IMG/VR virus record: IMGVR_UViG_3300026484_000394
Span: 1 to 64,000 of that record
Strand: one strand, 5' to 3'
DNA length: 64,000 bases
From: a virus
Part shown: one piece after another, positions 38,219 through 47,599 of the stretch
Layout: every line of letters starts with the position of its first letter
Numbering within the stretch: the first letter of the stretch is position 1
Notes under the pieces: model-generated
Seen by the model: the letters and a program-made list of their open reading frames with translations, nothing else
What the model was told of the DNA's origin: nothing
Databases searched by the model: none
Program-made: the position numbers and the translations under genes

Positions 38219-39614
38219 AGACCTGATAACTTCTGTATTTCAAACGGCCGCGAGAACAGTTGGCTCAACATATGGTCCAAATGGTAGTTTCGCAATTTTA
38301 ACGGATGGGAAAAACTCTGTAGTAACCAAGGATGGCGTGAGTGTTCTTCGTCATATGAAATATTCAAGCAACGTGGAGCAAGGTATATTTGAAATTATCA
38401 AGGAAGCCTCTCTTCGGACTCTTACTGAGGTAGGTGACGGGACAACAACAACTATTCTCTTGGCTGAAAATATTTACTCGCTATTACATCCTGTGGACTT
38501 TCACAAAAAAGAAGATATCCTAGCTAAAGCAATTGCTCAGCTTTCTGATGTGAAGAAAAAGGCTTCCCAAGAGGACTTATTCACAGTGGCAATGACTGCA
38601 ACTGCAGGCGACGAAATTTTAGCAAGAATAGTTGTGGATGCTGTAATAACATCTGCTGAAAAAGGATATTCTAGTGTCACTGCCGAAGCTAATTCTGAGA
38701 GTAATACTTCTATTCTTGAAGAAGAAAGACTTGGGTTTAAGGGTACTTTAGTGGACAATGCTTTTTATGATAAGTCAGGCGACTTTTTAGAATGGGCAGA
38801 TGCAGTTACCATTGTATCTTTGTCTGAAATAGCAGGAGAAGAGAATGTTATTTCGCTTGTAGAAAAATGCCTAAGAGAGGGGATTGAGAAAATTATGATC
38901 CTGGCACCAAGCTTCGCACTCACTGCACTCTCTGCAATGGCAGTGAATAATCATCTGGTTCGATTTGCTCCTATTGTAATCTCAGCAGGAGACGCCGCTA
39001 AAACAAAGCTTGCCCTAGAGACATTGGCTATCTCTTTAGAAGCTACAGCGATAGGTATAGAAACTGGAGTGGAGTTAAGAGACGCTACACAAACACATTT
39101 TGCTCAGATAAAATCTCTTTCTTTTCGCAATTCACATATATCTTGTGAAGTGAAATCAACTGATGGTGGAGAGGTTAGGAGAGAGTCTGCTCGAATACTT
39201 GCTTTAGATTGTCTAGCAAAGGCTTCTGATGACGAAGAGCGAGATATGTATAGAGTAATACTTGGGATCTTAAATAGAGGAAGTATCACTATTCAAGTAG
39301 GAGCAGCTAGTTTAGGTGCTGCTATTGAAAGAAAAGATAGAACAGACGATTGTGTTAATGCAGTAGAGCTAGCCTTATCTGGAGGTGTTGTAGCTGGGGC
39401 AGGAAGAGCTTACGAGGCAGCTCTAGCTAATCTTGGTTACGACACTCCCTTTGGAGAAGCATCAAGTGCATTAATTCTTCCAATAACGAAGAGCACTCGC
39501 CCTTTAGATCCATATGCTGTTGCTGAAACTGCTCTTACTCAAGCAATAGAGCTTGCCTTTCTAATGAAACGGTCAGCAGTAGTTGTATTAAATAATAAAA
39601 ATAAGGAATCTTAA
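38208..39614 (+). CDS. groEL: Chaperonin GroEL (divergent, shortened)
   Basis: TYGPNG, VTKDGVSV, GDGTTT, ERKDRTDD, GVVAGAG, LDP. Confidence 0.92.
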   Translation: MMHRDLITSVFQTAARTVGSTYGPNGSFAILTDGKNSVVTKDGVSVLRHMKYSSNVEQGIFEIIKEASLRTLTEVGDGTTTTILLAENIYSLLHPVDFHKKEDILAKAIAQLSDVKKKASQEDLFTVAMTATAGDEILARIVVDAVITSAEKGYSSVTAEANSESNTSILEEERLGFKGTLVDNAFYDKSGDFLEWADAVTIVSLSEIAGEENVISLVEKCLREGIEKIMILAPSFALTALSAMAVNNHLVRFAPIVISAGDAAKTKLALETLAISLEATAIGIETGVELRDATQTHFAQIKSLSFRNSHISCEVKSTDGGEVRRESARILALDCLAKASDDEERDMYRVILGILNRGSITIQVGAASLGAAIERKDRTDDCVNAVELALSGGVVAGAGRAYEAALANLGYDTPFGEASSALILPITKSTRPLDPYAVAETALTQAIELAFLMKRSAVVVLNNKNKES

Positions 39615-40292
39615 ATGACGGCCAATGCAAATATTCAAACAGAAAATCTTGAAGAGGACAGCATCTCTAGTGATGCTATTGATTTTGAAGATAGTTCATT
39701 TATAGCAGAAAATGACCACTCTCAAGAAAATCAAGATACGCAAGATACACAAGATGACACTCAGCCTGCAGAAACTAAGGAGGAGAAGAGTGAGACTCCT
39801 CCTGAATCTGAAGCTACTAGAATGGAGAAGCTCATGAAAGAAATAGCCAGCCAGCCGATTGAAGTGGCTATGGCTAATCTTGAAGTAAGTGAGCGAGAGC
39901 TTCAGGCTGCGGCAGAAGGAGTGTTTTCAAAAAAAGGTTATGCTCAGAGGGCCTTTACTCTTCCTTTTGGGGGAAGTATTGTTTTGAGAACAAAGTCTGT
40001 AAACGATTTCATTGATTATACGAACTATGTTCGAAGATTACTGCTAGAACCCATTTCAAAGAATGAGTACGACACATATACTCAATTAAGAAATTTAGCC
40101 TATGCTATTGTTGAACTAGATGGTGAAGATTTAACAGAAATGGATATTGAGGAGAAATTCCAATATTTAAGAACATTGAGTGATGCAAAAGTAGCAGCTA
40201 TAATCACAACTACGGTTAAATTTTGGAGAGTCTCTCACTTGCTTCTTCATCCGGAGTTAGTTCCTTTTTTGTCAAAACAGCCCAAAACATAG
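39615..40292 (+). CDS. Tail assembly chaperone (gpG-like)
   Basis: Acidic N-terminus; LAYAIVELDG...EEKFQYL; ends at a slippery site. Confidence 0.65.
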   Translation: MTANANIQTENLEEDSISSDAIDFEDSSFIAENDHSQENQDTQDTQDDTQPAETKEEKSETPPESEATRMEKLMKEIASQPIEVAMANLEVSERELQAAAEGVFSKKGYAQRAFTLPFGGSIVLRTKSVNDFIDYTNYVRRLLLEPISKNEYDTYTQLRNLAYAIVELDGEDLTEMDIEEKFQYLRTLSDAKVAAIITTTVKFWRVSHLLLHPELVPFLSKQPKT

Positions 40293-40303
40293 TTCTTTGG
40301 GCT
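40253..40303 (+). promoter_or_regulatory. Programmed -1 ribosomal frameshift signal
   Basis: GGAG (40253-40256), T-TTT-TTG heptamer (40265-40271) in frame, 7-nt spacer, 8-bp stem AGCCCAAA/TTTGGGCT (40279-40303). Confidence 0.78.
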
Positions 40304-40513
40304 CTAAAAAGATTAGATCAAATGGATGGACCTCCACAAGACGGTTTAGAAAAAGCTCTCTTTGAAGCATTGATGATGCATGAGCGGTCCAGACAAAAGA
40401 AGATTGCTATCTCAAGCTCTCTAATAGGGGTGTTTGGTAGCTTGTCTACCGAGTCTGCTGACTACAGCAAGAATATCGGAGAATTAATAAGAGATATATT
40501 GAAGGAGAATTAG
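40268..40513 (+). CDS. -1 frame extension of the tail chaperone (gpT-like portion)
   Basis: Open -1 frame with no RBS-supported start of its own; ends overlapping the next start. Confidence 0.7.
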   Translation, partial: FVKTAQNIVLWALKRLDQMDGPPQDGLEKALFEALMMHERSRQKKIAISSSLIGVFGSLSTESADYSKNIGELIRDILKEN

Positions 40514-42381
40514 TGGCTAGCAATAAGCAGATTGTGGAAATTCCTGATGTTGGAGCCGTGGGCAGAGAGTTAGGAATACAATTTGATATCAAAGAAGGGT
40601 ATTATGTTTGTGGGAGAAACTTTTATAGAACTTTTTCGTGTATGGTTGAAGAACAGTTTGACATACAAGGAAGAGCAGATGAAACACTAGACCAATACTT
40701 TCATAAACTCAGGGATACCCAGTCTCTCGAAGCACAAATTAAAAAAGAAAGATCATTAAATCTGGAACCTTTTACTGAAATTCAATGGCAAAGTAAAAAA
40801 CTGAATATATTTCAAGAAACTGACTTGGAAAAGAAAGGTCACCACGAGTGTTTCAGAAGAGATACTGAGACCAAGGCTGGAACTTTTGTAAAGGGAGATG
40901 TTGTATTTAGAATAGTTAATTCCAAAGGAAGAGAGTGTGGTGTTATTATCACAAGAAAAGGGAAGCCTTCGTTTGTAGAGTTTCCAAAGAGTGAGTTACT
41001 TCTTCCTATTAATTACTCAGGCACCGTAAGGGAAGCTAGGTATTTTAACACTATCTCGAAGGCAATAATAAAAGGTTTTGCTGAATTGCCAATCATAACA
41101 AAATCATTTGGATCCAATATCTTCCTTTGTGTCGCATTAGGACTTGTGGAAAATATAAGAGTTGGGACTTTGCATCTATGGTCTTTGGCTCAGGTTCTAG
41201 TCGAGTATCCGGATATATTTAAGTATCCTCGCTTTACTATCAATGGAAGACAGCCATTAGAGATGATAACTACTCATTATGCTAGATTTTCTGGTGAAAA
41301 AAAAAGAGAGATTACAGGACAGCTTCTTGAAGTATATGCAGAAAGAAACCTCCCTATTCCAAAAGAGATGTCTGCTTATATCGTTCAAGATGGAATGCCT
41401 AAAATGTCAAGGAAGCTTCTCTATGAGAAGATGAGAAATGCTCTTGAGATAGCATTTACTTTTTTCTATCAAAATGGGTTTTTTTGCTATAAGGAAAAAT
41501 TGACTGGTGATGTCATCGAGTTTAGCTCAGATAATTATAGTTCAGAATCAAAAGACATTTCAGAAAGGCTTAAAAGATACGCTCCTATTTCCCAGGGCTT
41601 CAAAAGTTTTACTTATCAAGAAAGAGTGTTTACTATTGCCCATATCGTGAGAGAGATTATATCAGAGACACAAGTGATAGAGAATCACAAATTTGAGCTA
41701 GGTGAGCAGATGATTTGGATTGATTATGCAAGAAGTGTTGTCGGATATAAGACAGATGGTGTAGAGCTTGTGGAATTCAAAAGACTTGCTTATCCTGCAA
41801 AGAAACCCAGTGTCACAGGCGTACTTAAAAGGTATGATATGTTCAGGCTGTTATTTGCAGATGAGGAATCATTTTTAGAGTTCTTAGCTATTTCCATAGC
41901 TATTCAGGTTTGTTTAATTATGAAGATACATTTTCATGTTAAAATTCCAAATACTAATGCTAAGCATAAGTATAGAATAAGTCAACTGCTCCGTAGTGCA
42001 ACTCTAAATCCCTTGAGGCTGTCTTTTGTTACAATAAGAGGGCATAAGCCAAAACTTCGGGAGGACAATATATCTCTAGATGAAAGTCTTTTCAGTAATT
42101 ATATGGTAACTTTTGATGACTCTTCAGATATTCCAATCAAGTACGATAGCATAACCCAAGAGTTTGAACTTGCAAGAAGAATAATGATGTATATCTCGAG
42201 ATGTGGAAGTCCTTTTCATTCTAAATTAATCACTGAAGTGCTACAATATATAGCACAAACATATCGCAATGAAACACACGCCGACAATACTGTTTATACA
42301 TTTGATATGGTGCGTAAGATTGTTGATGTGATATGCGGGCAACAGCTTCGCAAAAGACCAACTAAAAAAATAAAGGAATAA
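40513..42381 (+). CDS. Hypothetical protein (622 aa, basic)
   Basis: AAGGAG RBS, GTG start; no motif recognised. Confidence 0.75.
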   Translation: MASNKQIVEIPDVGAVGRELGIQFDIKEGYYVCGRNFYRTFSCMVEEQFDIQGRADETLDQYFHKLRDTQSLEAQIKKERSLNLEPFTEIQWQSKKLNIFQETDLEKKGHHECFRRDTETKAGTFVKGDVVFRIVNSKGRECGVIITRKGKPSFVEFPKSELLLPINYSGTVREARYFNTISKAIIKGFAELPIITKSFGSNIFLCVALGLVENIRVGTLHLWSLAQVLVEYPDIFKYPRFTINGRQPLEMITTHYARFSGEKKREITGQLLEVYAERNLPIPKEMSAYIVQDGMPKMSRKLLYEKMRNALEIAFTFFYQNGFFCYKEKLTGDVIEFSSDNYSSESKDISERLKRYAPISQGFKSFTYQERVFTIAHIVREIISETQVIENHKFELGEQMIWIDYARSVVGYKTDGVELVEFKRLAYPAKKPSVTGVLKRYDMFRLLFADEESFLEFLAISIAIQVCLIMKIHFHVKIPNTNAKHKYRISQLLRSATLNPLRLSFVTIRGHKPKLREDNISLDESLFSNYMVTFDDSSDIPIKYDSITQEFELARRIMMYISRCGSPFHSKLITEVLQYIAQTYRNETHADNTVYTFDMVRKIVDVICGQQLRKRPTKKIKE

Positions 42382-42383
42382 TC

Positions 42384-44069
42384 TTGATTACATTTGTAGG
42401 AAAAGTAGCTGATTTTGGTGATGGATTTACACAAACAAGTGTGCAAATCTTATTGGTAGATAAAGCTAATAATATAAACGAATGGTCTCCTATAGTCTCA
42501 GTATCTGATGAAGGCGTTTATGGACATACATTTATTCTTGATGGCTTGATGGACTTTGTTTCATCTGAAGCAAGAGCTGTAGTTATAGCTTGGAATGACA
42601 AAAAAGAACGAAGTGCTACTCACGAAATGCTCTACAGTCAGGTTCATCATGTTCCGAAAGAACCATTAGTGGTGACTGATATTACACTAGAAAAAGCAGC
42701 AGAAGCTAATCATAGACTCCTGAATGGACTAATAAATACTGTTGAAGGACTGACATCAGAATATCAGCCTGAAATAGACACCCCTAACCAGCTCGCTTAT
42801 TTTGAAGATGAGCCGATTTTCAATCAGACAAAGCCTATTTCGTTTCAGATGAAAAGTAGGGGGGTGTATATTGATCCATTCCCAATACTGTTTGTTAAGG
42901 CAGGTAGCTACCAAATTCCTATCAGAGTGAGCTTTGCTGGCGGTAGCAAGAGGGAAATGATTCTGAATGTTAATGTTGCTAAAAAAGAGGAAGAGGTTCT
43001 AGTCTCATTAGATGACATAAATATAGACAAAGGGCTTTGTTTATTTGCAGTAAAGAACAGAGGAATTAAAGATAATATTTTTAGAGCAGACTTGTTTACT
43101 TCAACAAAATTTAATTTACAGAATGTTGATTTTATAATAGATGGCCAAAAGTATTCAACAAATGATCTTTCTCGACTTGGAGTTCAATTCTTACTACCAG
43201 ACTCTGATGAGGCAAAGGTCGAAGTGACCATGATTGCTTATGGAACGGTCAATGAAGGATCAAAACTAGAAACATATGAGTATACACAGGAAGTCCAGAG
43301 ATACAAAAGTCTTGTCGGAGATATGGCAGTCTCTCTTGATGCTGACTCTGGTAAATATACTGCCGCTGTGAATTTTGAGGGAGGAGATGATATCTCTACT
43401 ATTCTATGGCAGATTGTGTATAAATCTACTGTAATCGAAAAGGTACTTAAGGTTACTGATGTAGACTCTAAGGCCTTGATAAACATTCTGTACCAAGACT
43501 ATGCCTCACCGGATAAAAAGAGTATAGAGTTTGAGACTATTAAGCCTGGAAACTACGATATTAATGCATACGCTATTAATTCAGCCGGAGTATATACAAA
43601 AGTCTCTCATTCTCTTTTTGTTCCAGGAGGAGACGCTGAAGAGGACGACATTGAAGTTGGAGATAGCATTACTATTGGTTGTGTAAGTGATCACGGAGAA
43701 GTTCCAATCGTTACTGTGTACCGACTATCCAGAGAAGGATATATAAAAGACACTTCCACTCCTATGGACCATGCCTTTGAGCAAACTTACGTATACGACC
43801 ATGTTGCAGAATATGCCGATAGCTTTTATATATTTAAAGTTGGTGAGAGTATAGTTGTAAAGAAAGTTGGAGCTCCAAGAGGCTGTATGGTTGTTTATGC
43901 CAAAGGTCTTCAAGCCGGTAGAGAAATTGCTTTCCAGCTTCAGGACTTTGAAGGAGAAACAATAGATGAAGGGATACTAGATGATTCTGGATTTGGAGTC
44001 TATTATAAAGTTATGTCTGAGAATGTACGAGGTGTTCTAGTTGTGGGCAAAACCAGACGAGTAGTGTAA
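42384..44069 (+). CDS. Beta-rich multi-Ig-like protein
   Basis: PKD/Ig-like strands (KAGSYQIPIRV, KPGNYDINAYAIN). Confidence 0.55.
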   Translation: MITFVGKVADFGDGFTQTSVQILLVDKANNINEWSPIVSVSDEGVYGHTFILDGLMDFVSSEARAVVIAWNDKKERSATHEMLYSQVHHVPKEPLVVTDITLEKAAEANHRLLNGLINTVEGLTSEYQPEIDTPNQLAYFEDEPIFNQTKPISFQMKSRGVYIDPFPILFVKAGSYQIPIRVSFAGGSKREMILNVNVAKKEEEVLVSLDDINIDKGLCLFAVKNRGIKDNIFRADLFTSTKFNLQNVDFIIDGQKYSTNDLSRLGVQFLLPDSDEAKVEVTMIAYGTVNEGSKLETYEYTQEVQRYKSLVGDMAVSLDADSGKYTAAVNFEGGDDISTILWQIVYKSTVIEKVLKVTDVDSKALINILYQDYASPDKKSIEFETIKPGNYDINAYAINSAGVYTKVSHSLFVPGGDAEEDDIEVGDSITIGCVSDHGEVPIVTVYRLSREGYIKDTSTPMDHAFEQTYVYDHVAEYADSFYIFKVGESIVVKKVGAPRGCMVVYAKGLQAGREIAFQLQDFEGETIDEGILDDSGFGVYYKVMSENVRGVLVVGKTRRVV

Positions 44070-44070
44070 T

Positions 44071-44661
44071 ATGCGATATGCAGCTTGTTCCGCAAAAAAC
44101 CTAACTTCTAGTAAGATTAAGGTTCTTGTGGCGGACAGTGCTGATGTCATCGTGTATCATATTATTCAAGGTCAGATTGCCGAAATAGACCATACTGCTC
44201 TTGATGAAAAAGATAACAAGACAATATTGACATTTCCTGTTCATGAGAGAGGGTACTATATCGTCAAGGGTCATAAAACAGTTCAAGTATATAAGCAAGG
44301 TACTGTCCCTTATGTAGGCTTTGTGATTTCCTCTTCTGACTTAGAATTGGACTACCAAATTTTAGATGCAGATATGCAAGAGAAAGACTTAGCTGTGCTA
44401 ACTCTTTTGCAGGACGGCATTATTCAGATTTCTCCTAATGGGTTGCGATCTTTTTTTGTGTTAGTAAATGAAAAGATGTATTTCTTTTGTCCTAGCTGTG
44501 AAATCAAGAAAGAAACTTCTGCTTCTTGCCCAAAGGCTTCACTGTCTATAAAAAACACAGGTTTCAGTATCTCATCTTCAGGCTCAAAATTAGCTGTATC
44601 TTCAGAGAAAAGTAGCAAAACAACTCTTTCAGTCAAACGAATGCAAATAAAGGAGCTCTAA
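44071..44661 (+). CDS. Hypothetical protein
   Basis: ORF in operon. Confidence 0.7.
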   Translation: MRYAACSAKNLTSSKIKVLVADSADVIVYHIIQGQIAEIDHTALDEKDNKTILTFPVHERGYYIVKGHKTVQVYKQGTVPYVGFVISSSDLELDYQILDADMQEKDLAVLTLLQDGIIQISPNGLRSFFVLVNEKMYFFCPSCEIKKETSASCPKASLSIKNTGFSISSSGSKLAVSSEKSSKTTLSVKRMQIKEL

Positions 44662-44817
44662 GTTGACTAAAAATAGAACAGTGAAGATTTCTACGAAAAC
44701 ATATATTACACGGCTTCAAGTGAAGCCTCCAATCACTCACGACAAGATATCTCTCAAAAAAAATAGTAATTTTTCTTTTCGAATCTCTTTTAAATAGAAA
44801 TTTCATAGAAAAGATAC

Positions 44818-44823
44818 TATAAT
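44818..44823 (+). promoter_or_regulatory. -10 box TATAAT
   Basis: In a ~190-nt intergenic gap with upstream T tracts, 28 nt before ATG 44852. Confidence 0.55.
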
Positions 44824-44851
44824 TAACTAAATGCAAAAAAAGGATATACCT

Positions 44852-45466
44852 ATGAATTTTATAAATCATGTAGCACAACATTTGGATGCTTATTCTGAAC
44901 AAGAAGATACTGGCAGTTTTATCAAGGAAGCTGCGGAGAACGATGTAACTTATAACGATATGGTTGCTCTAAACAACCTCCTTAATGGAGATGCGGCCAC
45001 AGGCGAGAACATTATTCAACCAAATGGTGAAATAGCCGACAGCAGAATTAATGTTGCAATTATGGGCTATGAAAAGATAGCTAGTCAAAGTATCACTCAA
45101 AATGAACTTCTTCAAGAGCTAAATCAAGTTGGTTTAACGGGAGAGGATTTTGATATTGTGGCAGGTTTAATTGAGAAACAAGCTTCAGATCGTTTGGAAG
45201 CTGAATTCATGTCTAGAATGGACGGTATTCACGGAGGTCTTATGACAGCCAATATTGACCCTATGGAAGCAGTACATTTTATGGATTCTTTTGCCCAGGC
45301 AGAAAATAATGAAGAGCAAGACAAGGTAGCTTCTGAATATCCACATTACTCAGAAGCAGACCTGGAGGCGATCGCTATTGCGAAAGTTTCTCTTGATGAG
45401 CTTTCTGACACGGGAGCAACAGAACCTATGCATTATTTTTTAGCCGCTTCACAAAGAGAGGTGTAA
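44852..45466 (+). CDS. Acidic scaffold/core-like protein with four K-x-A motifs
   Basis: KEAA, KIAS, KQAS, KVAS. Start behind AAGGA (track start 44831). Confidence 0.55.
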   Translation: MNFINHVAQHLDAYSEQEDTGSFIKEAAENDVTYNDMVALNNLLNGDAATGENIIQPNGEIADSRINVAIMGYEKIASQSITQNELLQELNQVGLTGEDFDIVAGLIEKQASDRLEAEFMSRMDGIHGGLMTANIDPMEAVHFMDSFAQAENNEEQDKVASEYPHYSEADLEAIAIAKVSLDELSDTGATEPMHYFLAASQREV

Positions 45467-45469
45467 GAA

Positions 45470-46456
45470 ATGACTGCTGAGCAAGAACAGATAAACAAAA
45501 CAGAAGGTCTTGTTCGGGCTGTCATTGATATGATGGCAGGAAGACAGTCTGACTTTGTAGATGGAGAAAAGCTAAAGAAGTTTCTTGACAACTATGCTTT
45601 CATTGAAGCTATTGCAGAGAATCAGACGATTGATATTTTCCTTGCTAATGTTACTCAAACAAAAGCACGCTTCAATCAGGTATCAGAACGTCTTTCTGGT
45701 TTACTAGCTGCTGCTGAATCCGAATCTGATAAGCTGATTTCACAGATGGGAGAAGGCTCGTCAGGACTAGCATTAAATTTGGCTAATATATCTTTATTTC
45801 AATCAACTGTAGCTGATTCTTATGGGTCAATATTACAACACTTAGCAGATATTGATATAACTGCTAAATTAAATCAGATGGATTCAAGTCTTGCTGAATC
45901 TATGGGGCTTATAGAGGACATGCGTTCACAGAGAACAGAAATAGATGCTCTCCTCAGAAAAGTTGCAGACAATAAGGCCTTGATTGAAAACATGGATGAT
46001 GTGAACTCTACTCAAACTTCTCTGATTGAAGATACAGGAGTAATGCTACTAGAATTAGAGAAGCAAATAGAGAATTATGCATTTTATTCGGAAGAGTTTG
46101 ATAAGGTCTATGTAAATGCCGTTCAATTTGTAGAGAAGTTTGCCTCTCTTGCTAAGCAAATAGAGCATGTGTCCTTGAGAGACGATAAGTTAATATCACT
46201 AATGCATAATGTAATAGAGAACTCAAGCAAAGAGCACTTAGAATTACAACAAATAATTGCAGATGCCGGAAATTCTATAGAACAACTTGGATTAGGTACA
46301 GCACAAAGGCTTACAGAGATGACTCTTTTTATCAATGAGTTCAATGCTATAGGTCAAGCAATCTCTTCTTTTTCTCTGGACTTTGAAAAGCAAAAGCAAG
46401 ATTACAGAGCAATCACTGTGGAATTAGAATCTACAGAGTTTACATATGGTAAATAA
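45470..46456 (+). CDS. Coiled-coil protein
   Basis: Heptad-rich acidic helical sequence. Confidence 0.7.
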   Translation: MTAEQEQINKTEGLVRAVIDMMAGRQSDFVDGEKLKKFLDNYAFIEAIAENQTIDIFLANVTQTKARFNQVSERLSGLLAAAESESDKLISQMGEGSSGLALNLANISLFQSTVADSYGSILQHLADIDITAKLNQMDSSLAESMGLIEDMRSQRTEIDALLRKVADNKALIENMDDVNSTQTSLIEDTGVMLLELEKQIENYAFYSEEFDKVYVNAVQFVEKFASLAKQIEHVSLRDDKLISLMHNVIENSSKEHLELQQIIADAGNSIEQLGLGTAQRLTEMTLFINEFNAIGQAISSFSLDFEKQKQDYRAITVELESTEFTYGK

Positions 46457-46459
46457 TCT

Positions 46460-47599
46460 ATGAGACAGTTCTCATACAAATACAAGTCTTATATGATTAA
46501 CAAACATGGATTTGTCAATATGATTCCCCATGCTAAGTTTTTTCATGACTACATGGGATTTACAGGTAGCTTAGGGCTACCTATTTTTCAAACTTCTGCG
46601 AACCCAATGTATTCGGCAAATTTTTGCAAGTTGTTTACCGACCACACAATGTCATTTAAGCATAAAGTAGAATTGTTTTTTCCTGAGATTGAACAAGGGG
46701 TCTTTCTTGTTTCTGATATAAAATATGATGTCCTTCAAGACCCTACGGATGATGTAACAGTAACTCACAGTGTGGACTTAGGCGGTCAGTACGAAGAATA
46801 TGTTGTGATAGAGAACTTTACTGCTACTTTTGAAATTGAACTCTTTGTTGATTTTGGCAAAAGACTTTCTATACAAGCACCATTAGAGATAAACTGTGCA
46901 TACATAGACATAATCCTGTTTAATCAGAGAATTAGCTTGACTACTCACGCAAACAATATCTTCATTCTTCCATATTTAATGTCGTATAAGACAGATTTCC
47001 CTCCAGAAGCAGCAAGACAAGACAACAGTTTCTCAAATATTTCTACAAACTCAGACTTAAGCTATGGATTTATTCTGTCAGATAGCTGTAGAGAAGCTCT
47101 GCAGAGAAAGAAAATATCCTTTCAAAAATTAGATATGGAACTCTTTGAGATTAAGAGAAAAGCAACAGAGTTGGAAGTACAAGCAGAAAAAGATAATCCA
47201 ATGGAAGACATCTATAGTCCAGAAACTCAACCCAAGACTAAAGATAAGTTTACAATTTCCCTTCCTCAATCACTGTTTAGGGATAAGATGGAACTGTACG
47301 GCTTCCCTCTGTTTAACTCCGAGATTAATCTGGAGTGCTGTAAGTATTGGGAAGGAGCACTGTATAGTGTTTATTTTGGGTTATATGATGTTCCTGTTCT
47401 ATCAGAAGGAAGTGATCCAGTAAGCTGTCTTAAAACCCCGAAAGAATGTCAGGAAACACCTCAGTACGAGGTTAGAAATAAAGTTATAGATGGATTTATC
47501 ACATATTCTGATTTATCTTGGGACGAGCTAGATAGCAGAATACCAGGAATGATAGACCAACCTACTAAACTAGAAGCAGAAAAAGATATGGAGATATAA
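46460..47599 (+). CDS. Hypothetical protein
   Basis: Long ORF in operon. Confidence 0.75.
   Translation: MRQFSYKYKSYMINKHGFVNMIPHAKFFHDYMGFTGSLGLPIFQTSANPMYSANFCKLFTDHTMSFKHKVELFFPEIEQGVFLVSDIKYDVLQDPTDDVTVTHSVDLGGQYEEYVVIENFTATFEIELFVDFGKRLSIQAPLEINCAYIDIILFNQRISLTTHANNIFILPYLMSYKTDFPPEAARQDNSFSNISTNSDLSYGFILSDSCREALQRKKISFQKLDMELFEIKRKATELEVQAEKDNPMEDIYSPETQPKTKDKFTISLPQSLFRDKMELYGFPLFNSEINLECCKYWEGALYSVYFGLYDVPVLSEGSDPVSCLKTPKECQETPQYEVRNKVIDGFITYSDLSWDELDSRIPGMIDQPTKLEAEKDMEI

Noticed and set aside
15018-39614. Bacterial chromosome origin suggested by rpoC and groES/groEL
   Set aside because: Both are highly divergent and truncated, lack rpoB and ribosomal-protein neighbours, and are embedded among phage lysis and virion genes.
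40223-40513. Independent 96-aa gene as listed in the ORF track
   Set aside because: TTG start without an RBS; better explained as the -1 frameshift extension.
44662-44817. Possible ncRNA or tRNA in the largest plus-strand gap
   Set aside because: Only a short GGCTTCA/TGAAGCC hairpin and A/T tracts; no cloverleaf or other supportable structure.
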